From assembly GCA_012295275.1 (NCBI GenBank), contig CM022672.1, positions 27,652,001 to 27,716,000 on the forward strand: 64,000 nt of DNA, in the 5' to 3' direction. The first letter of the stretch is position 1, and the number at the start of each line of letters is the position of its first letter. The notes below the pieces were generated by a model, which searched no databases, was not told where the DNA came from, and saw nothing but the letters and a program-made list of their open reading frames with translations. Positions 12,631 through 25,984 of the stretch are shown piece by piece. This DNA comes from Chrysomallon squamiferum (taxonomy: Eukaryota > Animalia > Mollusca). The position numbers and the translations under genes were made by a program.

Positions 12631-14715
12631 CTGAAGAGAGAAAGAGAGAAAAAAATAAATAAATAATAATAAAACAAATGAAAATCTGTTTAACAGGGTA
12701 ATCAATAATAATGCATTTAAAACAAAACGGCAGTGTAAATAAAACACAGTAAAATAAATATATTAATTTGTTGATCCACTCATCTACACAGTGTTCTGTT
12801 TTGTTATTAACATCTGTTGCTAGAAGTAAATGCTGAAAAAAATTATAACCCCCCCCCAAACAACACCAAAAAAAAAAAAAAATTGATATAACATACAACA
12901 TATTAAATAATTATAAAGCTCTTGACAATGTTATTTGACTGGCAATTTCCATCAGTGAACATTTCTATTTATTTGTTATTAATGTTAGCTGATTTTTTTA
13001 AAAAATAATATATACATAACAATAATAAAAAAAAAATAAAAAAAATAAAAAATAAAATTAAAATAAAATAAAATAAATAAAAACCTCCCTAAACAAACAA
13101 TCAAACAAAACAAACAAAACAAAAAAATAAAATAAAATAAAATAAATAAATTTTGCAGGGTCTGTAAATTGTAAGTGTACAAATGTAGATACTACATTCC
13201 TGAGGACAAGTCTTAATTAACATTTTAAAATGTCACGCTGCTGCTTCATGACTATTTACACACATTACTTCAAGTGTTTCAGTTTCAAAGATCAAAAGGT
13301 GACAGCACACACCATTAAAACATATTACTTGCAAGACTCAGGTTGAATGTTTTACCAAACTGAAGGAAGAGCTCTACTATTTATCCATTGTTTAAAAATG
13401 AGATGTCATAACAGTGAACGTATATTCAACAGTCCTAAATGAAAATGTATGTGACATGACACAGAGATAAATGTATGAAAGGTTAAAGATTTTTTTTCTG
13501 TGAAGTGAGACCAGAATTTGAAGTAAAGGTATGAATTAATTTATAAATTTGTTTAAGTTATACAAGGAACTGAAACTTGGATAACAGGATGTATATATTC
13601 TGTATAACATTAAGGTTTAAGTAGGCATGTCATGAACACCCTGTTGCGAGCTTTTGTCAGATCTTTTAAAAGAATACTTAAATTTTATACGAAGTGGAAA
13701 GAATAAACATCTAGTTATACTTACATGAAATGTATAAGATAACTCTGTCCATTTTAGTAAAATCTTGTATTTTTTCTTAAAATAACATAAAATAAACTCT
13801 GGTAACCCAAACCAGTTATAAAACACTTCATGTTTTATTTTATTATTATTATTTTACAATCTGTTACTAATAAAATATATCCAAAAAAGCTAATCATATC
13901 TGTCTATCTGTCTCCCTCTTTCTCTCACTGTATACATATATAAATAGATAGATATAAATATAGATAGATATAAATAAGCAAGTGTGTGTGTATCTATATC
14001 TGTCTGTATATTGCAAAACATAATAAAATGGTGTACATGTTATGTACCTATATATTTATAATCAATAAACATCAAGTCACCAAGAGTGCATTGTCATAAA
14101 AATTAATTAATCAATAATTGTGAGATATTTTTACATACAAGATGCAGACATCACAATTACCTTTAATCAGAAACATCCATTTCAGGAATTTGTTTTCTGA
14201 AGGACTGATCAATAATAAAGTACATTAAAGGTTGTTTTTGGCCATTTGTGATGGACAGTATGCACATTGTCAGTTTATAAGTCAGTTATTTCTTAACATT
14301 TGTGAAGTCAGTATTAAATTTTTAACTAGACACATATTCTGAGTTTTGTTGTCCTATTAAATTTTCATAATTTAAAAAAAAAAAGGTAGAAGAAGAAGAA
14401 GATACTAAAGTTGAATAACATTGGTGTAAAAAATTCATATTATTTACTACTAGTCAAAAATTTGAATATTAAATCCTTTGTAATAGGATACTTGTCTAAA
14501 TTTACATCTCACAAGATTTATCTAAACTATTCAACTAAAACAGAAATATTGCAAAATTATCAAAGAGAAAGCTAAAGAAACTGAATGAGAGAAAATGTAT
14601 GTAGAAGACTGAAGAAACAAAAAGGGAGAAGAAGAAAAGAGAAAAATTAAATAGAAAAAAGAGAAAGGAAATGAAAAAGAGAAGGAGGGAGAGACAGAGA
14701 GAAACCTAGATCTAG

Positions 14716-14718
<3 letters not shown>

Positions 14719-14796
<78 letters not shown>
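14719..14796. repeat. (GA)n microsatellite
   Basis: Long pure GA run. Confidence 0.95.
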
Positions 14797-14798
<2 letters not shown>

Positions 14799-16623
14799 AT
14801 CTTAGTGAGAGAGAAACAATCACAATGAGAGAGAGATTTTTTGTTCAGTGATTTTCTGTTTTTAACACTGAAAAGCTTCCCTCTCCACCTGATCTTTTCT
14901 CAAGACTTTGCAGTTGTCTGTGAATTTATTTCTCTGTGTTCACTTGTATTAAACCTGTTGTGCCAGCACATGGGAACAAATGTTAATGTGGACACAGTTC
15001 AGTTCAGAGGAACTGTTATTTTCACAGTGACTGGTTCAATAAATTCTTTCAAAATATCAAAACCATTGTGCTCATAGTTTGTAATGAAACAGAAAGAGAA
15101 CATTCATATAATACAGCTGGTATGTGCCACAGTTGTTAAAAGTAAATTGTTCTGCATATAGCAGACATATTTTATTTTTATTTATTTATTTATTTCATTT
15201 ATTTATTTATTTATTTATTTGTTTGTTTGTTTTATTTGTTTGTCTTTGTTCCATGTATTAATTATTTTATATTTTTATAAATTATACAAAATTTAATTCT
15301 CTACCAACTATCCTTTCAAATATAACAGTGGTAGAAAACAGAAATTATATTACAGTTCTAAAACATTTTGTTTAGAAAGACAGTTATAAATCTATTATAA
15401 ATCTTTCAATTTTTATCTTTAGTTTCTGTTTTAAATGTCTATTTATGATTTTTGACATTATACATCTGGGTAAATTATGTTAATGTATGAATGTGCATAG
15501 CAACAACTGTGCATACATAAATATTCAAATTTACATTTGTAAATGCATACATATCAATTATGTATATGTTGTGTTATAAATGTTTACATGTATGACAATG
15601 ATGTCGGCAGTTAAATCCAGTTCTGCTTTTCCAAATGTCAAAACACTGAGTGCAAGTCATGGCTTTTATAGTTATTTTATTTTTGTTATTGCTGCAAGCC
15701 ATTTGTTCGTGTTATGTAAAATCTATTATGCACATAATGGCCAAAGGCCAAATAAAAAATACTAACTTCTCTAGTAACTATATTTTATAGGTTTACATTA
15801 ATTATAATTAAGATAGCAATAATTTGTTGATTATAACAAAGATTTTTAACATTTAGAAATGGTTTTATTTTAGATTGATAATAATACATTTATTGCTTCT
15901 GGATTATTTTAATTGGTAATAAATTTGTGAAAGTAGAAATTGAACTGAAACTGTGTGAATAATTTTTATTACACAGAGTATAAATAACAGTCATATTAAA
16001 ATGATTTTCAAAGAATATTGAAATATTTTAGTTAATTTGATCACTGTGGAACTTTCCAAAGATGGTGTGAAAAACATGGTAAACTTGATGATCCTCTACA
16101 GTTTAGGATTCACAAAAAACTAATTTTATGGTTGTTTGCTAAGAAAATGCAACTGACTTACACATTCGAATTATCACATTTATATCCTATCAATACTAAA
16201 ATGTATGTTATTCAACAGGAAAAATGCAGACAATTCTTCTCTGATGCAAAATTGATTTAATGTTTGCTTTCTTTTTTAGAGTCATATTCAAATAAATTAG
16301 GTGAAACTGAATTAAATTTTTTTATAGAATGTTATTAAAACAGATTATTAATATTACAAAAAAATTATCTCTTTTAACTTATCTTCTGAACAAAAATTTT
16401 TGTTATAAAAAAAGGAAGTTAGAAGACAGAAATATATAATAAAATTAAAATTTTGACAGGGCTAAAGCATAATATTTAATATAAATTGTAATAACAAAAA
16501 CAAAAATAACAAGAACAATAATAATAACAGTAACAATAACCACAATAACAACAATATGATGATGAGATAATACTAATAATGATGATGACAATAACAATTA
16601 ACAGTAACAACTACAACAACCAC

Positions 16624-16682
<59 letters not shown>

Positions 16683-16847
16683 TTAATAATGATAATGATA
16701 ATAATAAAGATACTGATTATAATAATTATAGTAACAATAACCACAACAACAACAATAATTAATAATGATAACAACAATGATAATGATGATAATAATAATA
16801 ATGATGATGATGATGATAATAATAACAACAACAACAATACTACTCAC

Positions 16848-16971
16848 ACTGGTTTCACACTTCTGTCCAGTAAATTCCTCTGTACACTGACACTTGAAAC
16901 CCTCGGACATGTTAACACAGCTTCCATTATGTAGACAACTACTGCTGGTGCAGCCTTCAGCCGTCTCACAT
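16848..16971 (-). CDS. crb: Crumbs exon, EGF29
   Basis: atccag/gtgagt, phase 2-0; CETAEGCTSSSCLHNGSCVNMSEGFKCQCTEEFTGQKCETS. Confidence 0.92.
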
Positions 16972-19900
16972 CTGGATGGAACAGGAAAATGAAGATACAG
17001 ATATATCGTAAGAACACACACACATATATGAAAACGTGGAGAGTAGCCTTGGTTAGCCATTAACAGTCATATCCTTGGAAAAGGTGTATGGAGAAGAAGG
17101 ATGTATTAATTTCCACAGAAAGTTGTTGACACCAGAGTGAATACAGAAGTTTACTTTATCATTGTCATGTCCTTTTTAAAAAAAAATTAATTTCAAAGCT
17201 AGTTCATTTTAGCAAATTAAAATTGATAAGTGATAAGTAAAATATGTTGCTTGCAAAAATAAATTGTAAAACAGTCAGTGATACAACAACACAATTTATG
17301 TACAGATTTTAAATACACAAAAAAAAAAGAGCTGCTAAATGATAAAAATTCACAGGTAAAATGAATTCCAAAACACAACAGAAGTTTTCCTAACAGAAGA
17401 TCAAACATCAGTTTGGTGAAAACTGAAATTCCAAACAGTTATGTTCAACAAAACAAAACAAAAAACAGGTAACAACTGAATGCTAATGTTGATGATATCA
17501 CTTCTAAACATCCAAGGTATGCCTATCAGTTTTGTTTTTCAGATAAATTTTGCAATCCAGGTAGACACACAACAAGTGGATTTATTACAACCTCAATCAG
17601 TGAATGTAGCCTGGTCTGCTTTAACAACTTGGAGTGAAGGTGACAGTGACAAAAATGTTAACACTGCTTTTTACCCCAGGACTAGTCCAATCCAACTAAT
17701 AAAATTTTCACCAGCACTGGCTATATTTAGAAAGTGTCACATCCTGCTAAGTGAAGGGGGAACATCAGACTGTGGTGGTATTTATCAACTAGGTCACATT
17801 TCAGACAAGCACACCTGAACAGTTTAACAAAAATCTTCTACTTCGTTAACACAGGTGAGATGATACACCTGTCAATTTAGTTTTGTAAATCCGGCAGACA
17901 TTTAAAAAAAAAATAATGTTGTTGAGCTTTGGACAACCTGTAGTAGTTAATTCTCCTTGTCACATAATCAGCTTCCAGGTATATCTTAACATAGTGCATG
18001 CACTGAATAAAACATAGATGAGTCTATTAATGTGAAAGGAAAAAAATACAGAATCAGAATAGAGTGCTATTTCACATCATGACCTATACCGGAAAATTCA
18101 GTATTCAGATGAGGTAAATTGATCATCATATATCACCTGGCCTCTCCCAGGTCCTGCTATAAATGTGCCAAATCATTATCTTGTGTTAAGATATATTGAG
18201 CTGATAGCTTGTTGTCACCCCTGTGCAGGTGAATGGTTCGGTTCAGTGAACTCATTCAGACATGTAGTACAGTCAAGTAGAATGACTTACCTGTTTGTCA
18301 TGTATTAATGCTGCTGTACATATTAAAAGGTGTGTCAAACAATATATCGAATATTACATCCTAGTGATGTAATAAAGTAATTACCCCTCTAATTAGCTCC
18401 TGTTACTGTTGATTCAGCAGAATGTTAAAGTAGATTATTATATGTATGTAATTCCTGAGATCTGGTATGAAAAGATGTGTAACTAACCACTCTGACACAG
18501 ATGTAAGTATCACTAAGTATGTCTTTCAAGATCTTGGCTACCATTACTGTTGCATAATAAATTGTTAAGTCAGTATGCAAGTAAAAACATTTGGTAGTAC
18601 TAATAAACTTAAGCCCTCAAAAGAAATGAAATAATTATTAGGCGATTTTGTATAAAGAATGTTTACAATTTTGACTTAATATTTTAGAAAACTTTAATTT
18701 TTAATCATTCATTTTGTGTTAAAAATGTTAAGAAGCACTTCTCTCTGATGATTAGTATAATAGTTGAAAAATGTTAGACAGAAAGGGATATTAATGATAG
18801 ATGCAGACACAATAACCAGACATATAAATTACATATGTAATCATGCATCCATTTAAACAAATACACATACAAACACATACCAACATACCTATTCACACAT
18901 AAACAAACACAAAGACATACTGACAAACATAAACACAAATAAAAACAGACATATATAGTCAAAAAGATACTTGTGGACACTAAAGAAAGAAAACAAAACA
19001 TTGAGAACTATAAAAAATTAAAATAAAAAAAACAAAAAAAACAATAAACAAAAAGTGTTTAGTGCCCAAACTGATCTACTTTTTCAGCTTCATTGTTTCA
19101 GTGGTTCACTTGGTATCCATGACAACTGTTTATCAAAGCCAAATCGGTCAAATTGTTTACACACTCCTAAATCCCAAGATGGTCTGAAGCAGCACATTTA
19201 TTTACTGTGAAAATTCCATAAATGTTTGTTTCTTTCAAAAGTTAATGGCGGTCTTGCAATAATTCTGACTCAGTCAACATATGAAACTTTACATAACTGG
19301 AACTATATTTATTAGCCTCTTTGTGTTTATATTTGTATAGTTTTAATTAAGAATTGGAACATGATAGTATTAAAAATTATTCATCATCACTCTAAAAACA
19401 CCAGAACTGTTTATAACAATAATAATAATAATTATTAGTCTTTCTGTATGTATATTTCTATATTTTTAGCAGAGAAATGGAACATTCATGACTAAAAGCA
19501 CCAGAACTATTTATAGGATTGAAAATGATGATATTAAAAATAATTTATGACTTTGAAAGCACCAGAACTAAGCACATCAATACCTTTATTATTATTAATA
19601 TCTTTGCAGGTATATGTGTTTATTTTGTTTATAAAAAAGTTGGAACATGATCATGTTAAAAATTATTTATGACTTTGAGACCATCAAAACTATTTACAAC
19701 AACAGTATAAATATTATTATTGATCTCTGTGTGTGTGTGTTTTTTAAAGGACAGAACTGATGATATAAAAAATAATTCATGACAGTGTGAACATAGAAAC
19801 TTTTCATGGAATCAGAGAAAGACAAAAGTATGAGAAATATAAACCAGTAGAAACAGGGAAAGATATAAACAAGTAGTAAAAGAAAGAATGAGAGAGAGAG

Positions 19901-20558
19901 AGAAACGGAGAAACAGAGAGTGAGAGTGACAGAGCCAGAGACAGAGAGAGAAAGCAAGACTGAGATAGGAACAGTGAAGGAAATGTAACCACTACTTGTT
20001 TAGTCTGCTAAACATCACAGTGACAACAAATACATAGATCCACAAGCTTACAATCCAGGCTGTTACAGAATAAGGACAATAAAGCGACATCCCACATGTG
20101 TGTTGTGGCATTTCTTAACTGGTAAAAATCATGATGGTCAGCCTGACACAATTACTGACATGTTTCTGTCACATTCCACAGGCTTGTTTGATGAGTCCCA
20201 CCTTTGTCAATCAGTCAGCAGAATACTGTGATGGCAGATTTATTTTTTCTTCTCTGAATGATTAAATCTGAATCTTACTTTTAGTTTTTTTTTTTTTTTT
20301 TGTTCCTTTCTTTGTAAACAAACAATTCACTTAAAATTTTAAGAAAAGGTTATTATATTTAATGTTTTTTGTTTTTTTTTCATTGAGTATGGTAGCACGA
20401 CATCAAAATTTATCACTGATTGTTTATTGTTCAACAATTTTAAGCCAACTGGAATCAAGTAAAAATAACCAAAACAAAACATGTACATCAAAACCAGGTT
20501 TACACAATTCTTGTACAGTGAAAAAGGTTAACAAAAACAAACAGCAGTAATTTTATTA

Positions 20559-20830
20559 CAGACTTAGAATCCATTATGCAAAGTACCTGGGACTGAAGCC
20601 TTTCAGATTACAGAATTTTTGATTTAGGAATATAAGAATGGGATCTAAGACTATTTATTTTGTATAATACTTATACAGATAGCCTGAAGAATTTTTAATA
20701 TATTATGTTTAACAATTTTTGTGCATAAAATAAAAGCTGTATATGCAAAACAACTGAAAACTGTAAGATATCATATTTCTGCTGCTCAGAGAAAAGTTTC
20801 AGATTTTTCAGTTAAGGGATCCTCAACCCG
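20559..20830. mobile_element. Tc1/mariner (pogo/Tigger-like) MITE
   Basis: TA on both flanks; ends cagacttagaatccatta / taagggatcctcaacccg are inverted, 12/18 match, and resemble the Tigger4-type CAGGTTGAGTATCCCTTA terminus. Confidence 0.6.
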
Positions 20831-21047
20831 TATTATGCTTTATATTTGTTGTTCTTTTTAAAAAACTGTTATTATGATCAACTATAAAATATGGATATAT
20901 ATTTCTCTAAACCAATTTACAAACTTCTTTTTATTTCAATTCTTTACATTAACAATATATTTAACAAACTTTAATACAATTTATTTTTAAAATAATATTA
21001 AAAAAACATTAGCAGAAACTCCCCTAAAAACAACAATCCTGACTTAC

Positions 21048-21825
21048 CTGTTTCCACTGTATCCTGTTCTACACCTGCATTGTCCAAGATGCTGCAGACA
21101 AGTACCACCATTCTGACAATCAACCCCAACACATCGATCCCTGGCCTCACAAAACTGCCCAGCAAATCCACTGCCACAATCACAGGTGTAACTGTACCAC
21201 TTGGGGGTACAGACTGCTCTGTTTTTGCAGGCATTGCCCACACAGGCCCCTGTATTCATACAGCCATCTGTCAGAGCTGTGAGACTGGTTGCATTGAATG
21301 TGTTAGTGTTTGTGAAGTTCTCAAACTGACTGTTGTAAAAAAATGGCAGGAGAATACCTCCTATACGGACTTCTTCCAAACATCCTTTGAAAGATTTTTC
21401 CCATAATGCTCCAACAGCGACACCACCAACAGTGATGACAGGGTCATTGTGAATCAAGCTTTTCAGCGTTGTTGCCAGTTCTGAATCGAATTTTCTTTCC
21501 TCAATGATTTTGTCACTGAACAAAATCTGAAGAACAATATTAGTATTGAAAATCATGTTTATTGTGTACTTCTTTCCATCATTGAGCTCGTGATGAAGAT
21601 AGACACTGGCAGACATTCCTGGAGATGTCTTGTAATTCAGCTCAAGTTTTTTGTTGGCAATTCTAAGTTTTAAGAACACATCATCTTTTGATAAATATAG
21701 GATAGTTCCGAACATAATTGTGGTTCTGAGTTTAAATGAGATCTCTGAAATCTTTAGGCTACTGGAAATGCTTGCTTTATATGTGGCCAGGCTGTTAGCA
21801 CCATTGAAAGTGGAATCAATAATAC
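21048..21825 (-). CDS. crb: Crumbs exon, LamG4 + EGF27-28
   Basis: tcacag/gtaagt, phase 1-2; FKGCLEEVRIGGILLPFF is a Crumbs LamG motif. Confidence 0.95.
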
Positions 21826-22263
21826 CTGTGATAAAAAAAAAAAAAAATATTCAGATTAAATTTTACTTTAAAAAAAAAAAAAAAAAAAAAAAAAATAAAA
21901 AAAAAAAAAAAAAAAAAAATAAAATAAAATAAAATAAAATAAATAAAAAAATAAAAAAATATGGGAAATAATGAAACTATGTTATTTTTTTATACACTTA
22001 TAAATATGTAAATTGAAATCTGCTTCATTTTCTTTTTAATTTTATATCAACAAAAAATATTTAAATAATACTTTTAAATTAAAGAGATAGAAAACGGTCT
22101 TAACAAATGATATAAATTAATATTTATAAATTTGCAGCTAATAACAATATAGTGAAAATTCACAAATTGTGATTTTAATTTTAATTTCTTTGTGCATGAT
22201 ATTTGTACATACATAACAGAGATAACTATCTTGGGTATTTAAAATGTGTCTGTAGAATCTTAC

Positions 22264-22379
22264 ATTCATATCCATCAGCTAAACTTTTACATGTTGTTCC
22301 AGTTCCTGGACACTGGATTCGCTGACAGAAGTCCAGTTCACTGCATGTTTTGCCACGGAAACCATACGGACAAAGACAA
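22264..22379 (-). CDS. crb: Crumbs exon, EGF25-26
   Basis: ctacag/gtaaga, phase 2-1; CLCPYGFRGKTCSELDFCQRIQCPGTGTTCKSLADGYE. Confidence 0.92.
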
Positions 22380-22627
22380 CTGTAGAAAATAAAATAAAAA
22401 ACTAATATATAAACTTGAGAATTTAATAGCAATAGTGGATTCATGTTTCTTTCTAGATAAGACGTTTATGAAATCAGTCAAATATATGTGTGTTTCTGCA
22501 TTGGTCTCTTCTGCATAGTTTGATAATACAAAATATATACATCATAAAAATAATATTCTTTTATTTGTATAAAAATGTTCATTTTTTTTCTCTATTTGAC
22601 TGACTTTCAATAGAAGTAGTAGTAGTA

Positions 22628-22680
<53 letters not shown>

Positions 22681-22812
22681 CATAATCATAATAATAAACA
22701 TAATAATGCTAATGATTAATGATAAATGATAAGATGATGATGATTATATTAATAATAATAATAATAATAATACAATATATATGTGAATAAATATTAAGAA
22801 AAAACTGCTAAC

Positions 22813-23491
22813 ATGAAGTCATTGTAAAATTTATCCTGGCATGTTCCGTTCTGCTGACATGGATTTGATTGACATGCTGACAGAGTCGACTTGGCACCTT
22901 CAGCAATATTCGAACTGTTTGTCATGTTTATGGTCTTGTCTATAGCAGGGACAACTTGGAAAAACTGAAGCTTCTTTCCATTCAGCTCAGGATCCTGCAC
23001 AACACCTTGAAAATTCGGTCTGTTTGAAAAATCAGGTATGGCGGCTCTTTTTCTTCTTCGTCGATTAGCCAGGTCAGGCAAACGTCCTCCGAAGTAGACA
23101 AATTCTCCTTTTAGATTACAACTGGGCTGGTTTAGAGTTTTGTTTTCAATAATGCTTTCATCAACCAGAAAAGACACTGTGTTGTGGACAAGTTCTATGG
23201 AAAGGAAATGTTTTCTACCGTCAGTGTAATCTATAGTGGTTTCGATTACCTCCTGACTGCCACATAAATAGATTTCTACAGCTAATTTGCCAGAAGCAAC
23301 TTGAAGGATGATGAAAGTCAGGTTGTTGCGATTTGAGTTTCCCAGGTACATGATAATTCCGTCTGACTGCCGAGTAAGCACAAAGAGAGACATCTTGAGA
23401 GAGATTTCCAGTTCTGGACGTTCTGCTGCTGGTATGATGAAGCTGGCCCAGCTGCTGATGTTGGCCTTGGCAAATGTTGCTGCAGTGTATT
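22813..23491 (-). CDS. crb: Crumbs exon, LamG3 + start of EGF25
   Basis: gttcag/gttagc, phase 1-2; YTAATF...SLFVLTRQSDGIIMYLG...FQGVVQD. Confidence 0.94.
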
Positions 23492-23598
23492 CTGAACAGG
23501 AAAGAAAACATAATAAAGAAATTAACCATAAACTGCTTTAATAAGAGTTAAAATAAAATTGTTTTCTTATTTCTTTCAAAAATAGATTATCTATGTAA

Positions 23599-23629
<31 letters not shown>

Positions 23630-23877
23630 CACACATCTGTGTGTGGTATAATATTTATAATATGTGTGTGTTTATAGCATGTATTTTTATGTTTTACATA
23701 CATATTGACTTCTAATTTTAATTATAGTTGTGTATATATACATATATTATTGCAACTTTTTCCTTGTTGAAAATTCATTCTTGTTTCTTTATATACAAAT
23801 GTTATTAAAATTAGATGTCAAGATGTATGTAAAATCATATTATCCTGGTTATAAAAATGCATATTATAAACTCTCAC

Positions 23878-24921
23878 CTTTTTTACACTGTGTTCCCAGA
23901 AAAGGCCTGTGACAGTCACATTTAAACTGATTCCACAAATCAATGCAGTTTCCGTGACGGGAACATGTGTACGGGTCGCACTGGACCGTGCGGGGACAGC
24001 CACTGCTTACATTTGTAAACACAACATCCTGGTTACTTGGAATAATGTAGTTGTTGTTGAGAACTACATCCTCCAGGCACCCAGTGTATGCTGTCTTGGA
24101 GACAGTTGCCTGTAGTGATGTGGTTGTGTCTGTGTTTCCAATAAAAAGTTTGCTTTCTACTGTTACAGGTTGCAGTTCATTTACCATGGAGATAGTACAC
24201 TGCTCTGGAAATGTGCACAGAGAACTCTCCAGAGCCAGAGTCAAGTTATTTTTCACTGTCAGGTGGACGAGATGCCAGTCTGCATCAACTACTCTCAGTC
24301 TAGACTGTACGGACTCTTGTTTAAAAATGTGTGTGCTGTTCCCATGCATCAGCTGCAGTCGGCCATCATGGATTTCCATAGCAACAAATTCAGAAAGTTT
24401 TACTCTTACAAATACAATCACTGCTTCAGTGAGAGTTGTCCGGAATCTGAGTGATATATCAATATCACCAAGACCAATTTTTGAAACATGGCTGCCATGG
24501 GCAAAAGTAATTGTCGTAGAAATGGAACAGAAATGACCAGTCCATCCGCTCTGGCACTTGCAGGTGTAATTATGAATATTCAGTAGTTCGTTCTGAAGAA
24601 ATGGAACACATTTAGCATCATTCTGGCACCTGTTGCCATGGTCACAGCCAGTTAAAATCACTGTACAGTTCTTGCCACCATAGTTTTTTGAGCCCCTAAC
24701 AAAGGGCAGACAACTGCACCTGTAGTCTGCAATCAGGTCTGTGCAGGATGCTCCATTCTTGCAAGGCTGAATCTCACATTCATCTATTTCAGTGGCACAC
24801 TTTTCACCTTTGTATCCAGGTGCACAATCACAGGTGTACATGTTAATGCCATCCCGACAGGTAGCTCCATTTTGACAGGTGTTGTTCTCACAATCATCAA
24901 TATTATTCTCACAGTTCTTTC
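23878..24921 (-). CDS. crb: Crumbs exon, EGF21-23 + LamG2 + EGF24
   Basis: tttaag/gtgaga, 1044 nt, phase 1-1; ISLRFRTT...DADWH...YTGCLEDV...GCPRTVQCDP. Confidence 0.95.
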
Positions 24922-25044
24922 CTTAAAAGAGAAAAAATAAATAAATAAAAATACAAACATTTCTGTCTTATAACTGACATCACAGTTATTTAATATGTAT
25001 TTGGTAAATACTATTATTAATTATACTTTAAAATAATAATAATA

Positions 25045-25127
<83 letters not shown>

Positions 25128-25225
25128 AATAATGAAAATGAAGATGATGATGATAATGAAAATGAAGATGATGATGATGATGACAACAACAACAACAACA
25201 TTAAAAATAATTTTAAAATTATTAC

Positions 25226-25433
25226 CATTAAATCCTAGGACACATTTACAAACATAACCAGCTGCTGTGCTGTAACTGAAGTCTACAAATCCAGGATAAT
25301 GTGTGTTGTAAAGTGTCAGGTTTGACTTCTGAAGGCAGGTTCCACTGTTCTGACATGGGTATGAATTGCATTCATTTATATCAGTTTCACAGTTAATCCC
25401 TGTGTATCCAGCATAACAGTTACATGTGTATTT
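25226..25433 (-). CDS. crb: Crumbs exon, EGF19-20
   Basis: cttcag/gtaata, phase 0-1; contains the long-loop EGF ...FSYSTAAGYVCKC typical of Crumbs proteins. Confidence 0.93.
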
Positions 25434-25869
25434 CTGAAGAAACAAAATGAAAAATTTGTTTTACGCAATAAATAATATGTATTATTAAAATTTTGAAGGT
25501 AATAAGATAAAAAAATTATAATAAAAGTAAGAAATATAATATAAATTAAAAAGCAGAAAATTTAAGTTTAAAAAAATTGAAATTAAAAAGAGAATGTTAT
25601 AAAAAACAACTTCCTGAAAACAAACAACAAAATAAAAAAATAAATAAAAAATAAACAAAAAACCAGCATAAGTAATCTATTTAATTTTCCTCTATTTTCC
25701 TCTATTTTCAAAAATGTTTTTACCTAACCCCAAAATAATAATAATAATAAAAAATAATAATAAAGAATTAAAAATCAGTTTTTTAAACTTATAATGTATT
25801 CCACAACTGAATCTTTTAAAAACAATTTTCTTTAGACTTTAATTTTAATAATACCAACAATCAACTAAC

Positions 25870-25984
25870 CTTTATCCCATCTTGACAACTTCCTCCATGT
25901 TGACAAGGGGAGCTAATGCAGTCATCAATGTTTTCCCCACAGGTGAGACCTTTGAATCCTGTGTCGCTGCAGTTACATGTGTAT
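25870..25984 (-). CDS. crb: Crumbs exon, EGF18-19
   Basis: tttgcag/gttagt, phase 2-0; [38 protein letters not shown]. Confidence 0.92.

Noticed and set aside
17480-17818. 112-aa plus-strand ORF as a nested gene
   Set aside because: No recognisable domain or exon structure; the region is better explained as regulatory intron sequence.
21080-24536. Plus-strand ORFs antisense to the large exons (21080, 23308, 23909, 24051, 24170)
   Set aside because: Shadow ORFs of the Crumbs coding exons.
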